From positions 1,410,001-1,442,000 of the forward strand of contig NZ_LT549890.1 in assembly GCF_900079115.1 (NCBI RefSeq): a stretch of DNA of 32,000 nucleotides. Reading direction: 5' to 3'. This stretch comes from Saccharolobus solfataricus (GTDB taxonomy: Archaea > Thermoproteota > Thermoprotei_A > Sulfolobales > Sulfolobaceae). Made by a program: the position numbers and the translations under genes. Below are positions 26,818 through 32,000 of the stretch, piece after piece (the stretch's first letter is position 1; each line of letters begins with the position of its first letter). The notes beneath the pieces are model-generated. The model did no database searches and was not told the origin of the DNA. It worked only from the letters and a program-made list of their open reading frames with translations.

Positions 26818-27993
26818 ATGCCCACCTTAGGGTTTCGCTTCCGTGCATACACTGACGAACAAACCCTTAGGGCGTTAAAGGCCCAGTTGAAGTCAGCGTG
26901 CAAAATCTACAACACCTTAAGGTGGGCAGACATATACTTTTACCAAAGGGATGGGAAAGGACTAACACGAACTGAGTTAAGACAGTTGGCTCTAGATCTG
27001 AGAAAACAAGATGATGAGTATAAGCAACTCTACTCGCAAGTAGTTCAACAAGTAGCTGACCGTTACTACGAAGCTAAGAAGAGGTTCTTTGAAGGTTTAG
27101 CACATTTCCCGAAAGAAAAGAAACCTCACAAGCACTACTCCCTAGTCTATCCCCAGTACGGTTGGAAAATACTTCAAGTTAGAGAAATAAGAAAAGGAAG
27201 CAAGAAGAAACTAATAACGCTTAAACTATCAAATCTTGGTACGTTCAAGGTAATAGTTCACCGAGACTTTCCCCTTGACAAAGTAAAGAGAGTGGTAGTG
27301 AAGCTAACAAGATCTGAGAGGATTTACATCACTTTCGTAGTTGATCACGAATTCCCCAAGTTACCTAACACGGGTAAGGTAGTGGCGATAGATGTTGGTG
27401 TAGAAAAGTTGATCGTAACGTCAGATGGTGAGTATTTTCCTAATTTGAGACCTTACGAGAAAGCGTTATGGAAAGTGAAGCATCTACACAGAGAACTTTC
27501 AAGGAAGAAATTCCTCTCTCATAACTGGTTTAAGGCTAAGGTTAAGCTTGCTAGGGCTTATGAGTATTTGAAGAATCTAAGAACGGATCTTTACATGAAG
27601 TTGGGTAAGTGGTTTGCTGAGCATTATGACGTTGTAGTCATGGAGGGTATTCATGTTAAGCAGTTGATAGGTAAGTCATTAAGGTCTCTGAGGAGGAGAT
27701 TGAGTGACGTCGCGTTCAGCGAGCTTAGAGATTTGATTAAGTATCAGTTGGAAAAATACGGAAAGAAACTCATCCTGGTCAACCCAGCATACACTTCCAA
27801 AACTTGTGCTAAGTGCGGGTACGTAAAAGAAGATCTATCACTTTCTGATCGTGTTTTCGTTTGTCCCAACTGTGGTTGGATTGCAGATCGTGACTATAAT
27901 GCTTCTCTTAACATCTTACGTGGATCGGGGTCGGAGCGACCCTTAGTGTGGAGCTCCGCCCTCTACCAGTACTCTGGCATGGCAGAGCTGTGA
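26818..27993 (+). CDS. tnpB: TnpB (OrfB), apparently intact
   Basis: 391 aa. It has [10 protein letters not shown] (RuvC I), VVVMEGIHV (RuvC II), CAKCG...CPNCG (zinc finger) and [11 protein letters not shown] (RuvC III). Confidence 0.9.
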   Translation: MPTLGFRFRAYTDEQTLRALKAQLKSACKIYNTLRWADIYFYQRDGKGLTRTELRQLALDLRKQDDEYKQLYSQVVQQVADRYYEAKKRFFEGLAHFPKEKKPHKHYSLVYPQYGWKILQVREIRKGSKKKLITLKLSNLGTFKVIVHRDFPLDKVKRVVVKLTRSERIYITFVVDHEFPKLPNTGKVVAIDVGVEKLIVTSDGEYFPNLRPYEKALWKVKHLHRELSRKKFLSHNWFKAKVKLARAYEYLKNLRTDLYMKLGKWFAEHYDVVVMEGIHVKQLIGKSLRSLRRRLSDVAFSELRDLIKYQLEKYGKKLILVNPAYTSKTCAKCGYVKEDLSLSDRVFVCPNCGWIADRDYNASLNILRGSGSERPLVWSSALYQYSGMAEL

Positions 27994-28000
27994 AGCAGGA

Positions 28001-28027
28001 AGCTCCCTCATTTATGAGGGGGTAGCT
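28001..28027 (+). other. Right-end hairpin of the tnpB element (likely part of the omega/reRNA scaffold or a TnpA-type recognition structure)
   Basis: In AGCTCCCTCA-TTTA-TGAGGGGGTAGCT, the inner 6 bp and the outer 4 bp pair, leaving a 3-nt bulge. It lies 8 nt after the tnpB stop. Confidence 0.5.
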
Positions 28028-28030
28028 CAC

Positions 28031-28564
28031 CTATCCTTCGTGAATCTTAACTTTATCAGGGAATAGTTTCATAAATTTTTTTACTTTAGGGCTTATAACT
28101 AATCTACAGTAAGGATTGTACTTATGTTTGTCATAGAAATCGTGATGATAATCCTCTGCCTCGTAAAATACTTCGAAAGGCTTTAGTTCAGTCACAACTT
28201 TCTTTCCTATCCTTTTCTCAACCTCTCTTATCATTTCCTCAGCTATTTTCCTCTGCTCTTCATTATGGTACAATATTATGGACCTATATTGTGTTCCAAC
28301 ATCGTTTCCCTGCCTATTAAGCGTAGTAGGATCGTGAATCTCGAAGAAGATTTCCAGAATTTCCCTATATGAAATAATAGAGGAATCAAAGGTTATCTGA
28401 ACTACCTCCGCATGTCCAGTTGTATCTGTGCACACATCCTCATATGTAGGATTAGGTACGTGACCACCAGAATAGCCTGGCTTAACACTTATCACTCCCT
28501 TAACTCTCTTATATACTGCTTCTGTGCACCAAAAGCAACCTCCTCCTAATGTGGCAACTTCCAT
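28031..28564 (-). CDS. msrA: Peptide methionine-S-sulfoxide reductase
   Basis: 177 aa with the GGGCFWC active-site motif near the N-terminus and family-typical GHAEVV and QGND(V)GTQYRS motifs. Confidence 0.92.
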   Translation of the reverse strand: MEVATLGGGCFWCTEAVYKRVKGVISVKPGYSGGHVPNPTYEDVCTDTTGHAEVVQITFDSSIISYREILEIFFEIHDPTTLNRQGNDVGTQYRSIILYHNEEQRKIAEEMIREVEKRIGKKVVTELKPFEVFYEAEDYHHDFYDKHKYNPYCRLVISPKVKKFMKLFPDKVKIHEG

Positions 28565-29005
28565 AATAATACTAACGAAAACTAACCTTTTAACTTATGT
28601 TAAAAAAATCTAATGTGGCAGTTCTTCTTCTTTCACCATTGAAAAAGGAAGAGAGGGTTAGAAGGAAAAACGCTACCATACCGACATTTTCTGAAGATAA
28701 GATAAATTATAAAATATTCAAGCAGATTCGGTGTAAGATATATAATATTTAGATTATACATTCTTTAATATTTATAACTAGCGTAGTCTAGTGGAGGAGA
28801 ATTTACGTAAATATTTAAGGCTTAAGGAATTTAATGAAAATCACGTAAAGTGTTACAGCATTTCAGACAAAAGATCAGAAGTTCTTCCTCATATGCATTA
28901 GTAATGAGATATACTTATTGTTGAAACTGTTGAGGTTTAAGCTTTATAGGAATGTTTACATAAAGTCTTACTATTGACAAGAACATGAACAAAATTAATA
29001 AAGTA

Positions 29006-29132
29006 TGCTTAGTTGATATATTGGATATTTTTAAACTGGACCTATGTTATTTTCCTTTCAAAAATCTCAAGGAGTTAATTTCCGTTTACAAATCTCTTAA
29101 ACCGTTGTGAAAACTCAAGAACTCACAAAGCA
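29006..29132 (-). mobile_element. 127-bp MITE, same family as 9373-9503
   Basis: tgcttagttgatatattggatattt...ttcctttcaaaaatctcaagg...actcacaaagca aligns end to end with the reverse complement of the 9373 copy. No TSD is detectable. Confidence 0.65.
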
Positions 29133-29461
29133 TCTCCGACAATACGATATTGATACTTGATGAGGCACAGAATCTTAAGCAAGGGACAATTCACCTACTC
29201 TCAGTCTTTTACGAAAACTCTTAAACTATTACTCTACACTTCTCAATTTCTTAAATTAAATTATAGGACTCCAGTGAATTTGATGGATAGTAATGTGATA
29301 ATAAATGCAAGCATTTCAAATGGACGATAATGTTATCAGTGTTTATGACCATACCCTAATACGTAAATTCTGTTTAAGAGAGCTTACTTATGAGAAGTAA
29401 TTCCCCTACTATTATTAATTTCACTATTAGATAAGACTGAATTAGAACGCTGGTGGAACGA

Positions 29462-30145
29462 CTACGATTTTTCTTCTTCTTTTTCCTTCCCCACTAACAA
29501 TTTTATGATCAAGTTTAGATCATTCTTTAGCTCATTGAATTTTGAATCCATATCTGAACGTAAGTCGTTAAACCTGGTATCCACGTGCTCAAATTGCTTA
29601 TCTACGTACTCTTTAAACTTAACAAATTGAACATCAGTGTAAGCCCTTGACTCTTCGAATTTCTTGTCTGTATATGTTCTTAGTTCTTGAAACTTAGTGT
29701 CAACGTAGTTTCTAAGGTCTTCAACTTTCTTATTAGTTTCCTCGAATTTCTTGTCTGTGTAGACTCTAGTTTCCTCGAATTTGTTATCGACATAGTGTCT
29801 GAGATCCTCAACTTTCTTATTAGTTTCCTCGAATTTCTTGTCTGTGTACGCTCTCGACTCGTCAAACTTCCTCTCCGTATAGTCTCTAAGGCCTTTTATG
29901 TCTTCCTTGACACTTATGATTTCAGCCTTAGTATCATCAAATCTCTTATCAACGTAACTCTTGAGGTCGTCAAACTTCTTATTCATATCTTGCCTTAAGT
30001 CATCAGTTCTTTTACTGTTCAAGTACATCATTAGAAATAGGTAATCTTGCTCAGATAACTTCTTACCCTGCTTTGATTTCTCCACTAAACTCTTAGCGTA
30101 CTCAGTAACAGCGTCACTAAGCATTTGTATGAAAACGTCAGCCAT
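29462..30145 (-). CDS. Coiled-coil protein built from Y-x-D-x-K-F-E-E repeats (11- and 18-residue spacing)
   Basis: 227 aa. Phe positions in the repeat region are spaced 11, 18, 11, 18, 11, 11, 11, 7 and 11 residues apart. The 29-aa super-repeat TDKKFEETNKKVEDLR(H/N)YVD(N/T)KF(E/Q)E(T/L)R(V/T)Y occurs twice in tandem. Confidence 0.75.
   Translation of the reverse strand: MADVFIQMLSDAVTEYAKSLVEKSKQGKKLSEQDYLFLMMYLNSKRTDDLRQDMNKKFDDLKSYVDKRFDDTKAEIISVKEDIKGLRDYTERKFDESRAYTDKKFEETNKKVEDLRHYVDNKFEETRVYTDKKFEETNKKVEDLRNYVDTKFQELRTYTDKKFEESRAYTDVQFVKFKEYVDKQFEHVDTRFNDLRSDMDSKFNELKNDLNLIIKLLVGKEKEEEKS
29701..29874. repeat. 87-bp tandem repeat (2 units) inside the coiled-coil gene
   Basis: A 41-nt stretch (tcaactttcttattagtttcctcgaatttcttgtctgtgta) is identical at 29721 and 29808. 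Confidence 0.9.
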
Positions 30146-30395
30146 GAATATAAGTTCGAAAAACTGCTATATAAGTATAGAGATCAGCGAAAGTAACAAC
30201 TTTAGGGGGTTCGCGTTGAGGCTATTCCTTATAGAGGTTTGAATTTCAAATGAATTCGATACCAGTTCATAAAATGTGGATAACACTGAAATATAAACGT
30301 TTATGGAGAAATTATACATCGTTGAGTTGAATCAAAGAACATTCTAGGATTCCAACAGTTATAGTTAAAATCTATTTTTGACACTTTATTATAAC

Positions 30396-32000
30396 ATGAG
30401 GGAAATTCTCAAAGTCAGTGAGATCAGAAGATTGATTAGGAGAAATAAGGCATTGATTGGAGGTCTCCCCTTTAGTGGTAAGACTACGATGATAAAAAAG
30501 GCTTGTGAGGGTTATTGCGAAGAGAACGGAATACAATTTATCGAACTACCTAAGAAGTTTGTCAGTATTGAGGAGTTAAACCAATGGAAGGAAAAGGTTA
30601 AAGGAGTGGAAAAGGCTATTATAGAAGGGAGAAGTTATGTAATAGAACTTTTATTAGGTAAGGTTTCTATAGCTGATACGCCATCCCTTCAGTCCTTGAA
30701 CTTGGATTTAACGGGAAAGGTAGTTAGCATGAAAAGTTTAGATGCAATTAAAAAGATATATAATAGCGGTATAAGGGACGATAAAGCTGTTTCAAAAATT
30801 TTGATGTATTCCACTGTTGCCGTGCCTAATTATTATACTGTTATACCCAAGCTAGTTAACGAGGGCATTGAGCTATATAACCAAGGTAAGCTGGACAAAA
30901 CACTGGAGTTTGTCTTAGGGTTAAAGAGGTTGTATTATTCTTTTCCTAAGGGAGATGTAAGCGGGGAGGATAGTGTTATATTTGCCTTGCAACAAGTTGT
31001 ACCGAGGGATATAGATTTTAAGACTGCGTGGGATGAGTTAAGCGAAACTTGGAAGGAGTTGGTATATTACAGACTCGATTCTGTTCTCAAGCTTTTGCCT
31101 GGTTCTGCAGAGAGAATGATTAATCAGAAAGAGATAAAACCCATGGGAGATAAGGTAAACATTTCTGATATAGACCCCTTTTTCGTTGGCTTAGCTGAAG
31201 AAGGAGTGTCAATACTCCTTAGCGGAGAGAATCTTTGTATTGTTGGTCCTATACGATCTGGTAAGTCTACTTTAGCAAACTACGTTTACTCGATGGCTAA
31301 TTTAGGGAATATTGAGGTTGTAGACTATAATAATTATGACTTACTTGGACTGAAGCAGAAACTATCTTCGGAAAGTAAAAGGTTTATTGCAGTCCTAACA
31401 GAAGATATTTACATTTCCCTACCTTTAACCTGTAAAGTAATAAACTTAAATACTTATATTAATGACTTCATCAAGTATCAATATTTAAAGGAAAACAAAT
31501 ATATAAGGGTCGGCACCTATGAGATACCTCGTTATTACTATAGTCTCTATAAATTAAAGTACAATATGAGTGATGACCAAATTATTGATGAATATAAGTC
31601 AGATATGACTAAATATATTATAAACACAATTTTCGGAAACAATAAAGAACTGATAGATAATTACCTCCCTCTTCTAGTTCTAGGCAAGAGATATTTGCCT
31701 TTTCCTCCAAGGGTAAGTGAGATAATACTTAAGTACTTTAATAGGCAAATAGACGAGACCTTTGTTAAATGGTTCTCTGCATTCGATTTTATGGGTTATA
31801 AAATAGAGGAAAACAAGGAAATAAAAGCTAAGGAGAATGAGGTTCTTCGAAAAGTTAGGGATGAGCTCATCAAAGAGGTTAAGGAGAAGAAGCTCGAAGA
31901 TGACTTATTGAAAGTATTTTTTCACAATCTAATGGCCTTTAAGGTCGCTATCGCCAATTTAAATGGTTTTATAGCTACTGCACAAGGTAGATATTCTCCT
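30396..32000 (+). CDS. Large uncharacterised protein with two tandem P-loop modules. It is 3'-partial (open at the window edge) and absent from the supplied ORF track
   Basis: I translated from the ATG at 30396 and found no stop through 32000 (535 codons). Walker A motifs are GGLPFSGKT (residues 22-30) and GPIRSGKST (284-292), with a Walker-B-like IAVLTED at 331-337. Motifs recur in both halves. Confidence 0.75.
   Translation, partial: MREILKVSEIRRLIRRNKALIGGLPFSGKTTMIKKACEGYCEENGIQFIELPKKFVSIEELNQWKEKVKGVEKAIIEGRSYVIELLLGKVSIADTPSLQSLNLDLTGKVVSMKSLDAIKKIYNSGIRDDKAVSKILMYSTVAVPNYYTVIPKLVNEGIELYNQGKLDKTLEFVLGLKRLYYSFPKGDVSGEDSVIFALQQVVPRDIDFKTAWDELSETWKELVYYRLDSVLKLLPGSAERMINQKEIKPMGDKVNISDIDPFFVGLAEEGVSILLSGENLCIVGPIRSGKSTLANYVYSMANLGNIEVVDYNNYDLLGLKQKLSSESKRFIAVLTEDIYISLPLTCKVINLNTYINDFIKYQYLKENKYIRVGTYEIPRYYYSLYKLKYNMSDDQIIDEYKSDMTKYIINTIFGNNKELIDNYLPLLVLGKRYLPFPPRVSEIILKYFNRQIDETFVKWFSAFDFMGYKIEENKEIKAKENEVLRKVRDELIKEVKEKKLEDDLLKVFFHNLMAFKVAIANLNGFIATAQGRYSP

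Larger units (their letters stand above)
26715..28030 (+). mobile_element. Stand-alone tnpB element (IS1341 group of IS200/IS605, ISC1316 size class). The left boundary is approximate
   Basis: It contains a single tnpB ORF. There is a subterminal inverted repeat CAAAGGGA/TCCCTTTG at 26737-26777 and a hairpin right after the stop. About 1.3 kb lie between the flanking unique DNA and the msrA stop. Confidence 0.55.

Noticed and set aside
29680-29998. ORFs 29680-29865 (minus) and 29687-29998 (plus) within the coiled-coil gene
   Set aside because: They are alternative-frame and antisense products of the low-complexity 87-bp repeat. The 227-aa frame has a coherent heptad/hendecad pattern and is the only one spanning the whole region.

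Overview
This is a low-GC (mid-30s % by eye) crenarchaeal chromosome segment, most likely from a Saccharolobus/Sulfolobus solfataricus-like genome. I base that on insertion sequences whose measured lengths equal catalogue names I remember. There are two ISC1439 copies of exactly 1439 bp, one 1212-bp IS5-type element (ISC1212) and one element of 1225 bp (ISC1225) once a nested IS is removed. No search was possible, so all names are tentative.

Ordinary genes:
- S45 penicillin/AHL-acylase-like protein (277-2772)
- APC amino-acid permease (3846-5099)
- membrane-anchored glycoprotein-like ORF (5205-6767)
- pyroglutamyl peptidase pcp (6759-7394)
- MFS transporter (24506-25771)
- msrA (28031-28564)

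Accessory genes:
- COG1373-type ATPase (9930-11162)
- coiled-coil plus PD-(D/E)XK protein with near-perfect 105-bp repeats (12387-13253)
- HEPN-MNT pair (13918-14803)
- VapBC pair (22602-23211)
- stand-alone TnpB element (26818-27993)
- hendecad/heptad coiled-coil protein (29462-30145)
- an ORF missing from the supplied track (30396 to beyond 32000) that encodes two tandem P-loop modules

About a third of the window is mobile DNA. I could resolve most junctions to the base using target-site duplications (TSDs) and in-silico restoration of reading frames:
- An IS200/IS605 element (tnpA plus tnpB) is hit twice in the last ~135 bp of tnpB, by ISC1212 and by an ISC1225-type element. The ISC1225-type element itself carries a GC-rich IS5-type element.
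- A hotdog thioesterase gene is split by an 80-bp MITE and by ISC1439.
- There is one MITE-in-MITE nest, and the second ISC1439 copy sits inside another MITE.
- At least seven copies of a ~130-bp MITE family are present.

I recognised no rRNA, tRNA or CRISPR array. The best candidate for something undescribed is the divergent pair at 29.4-32 kb (coiled-coil protein plus duplicated P-loop protein). The ISC1439-bracketed accessory cluster at 9-15 kb comes second.
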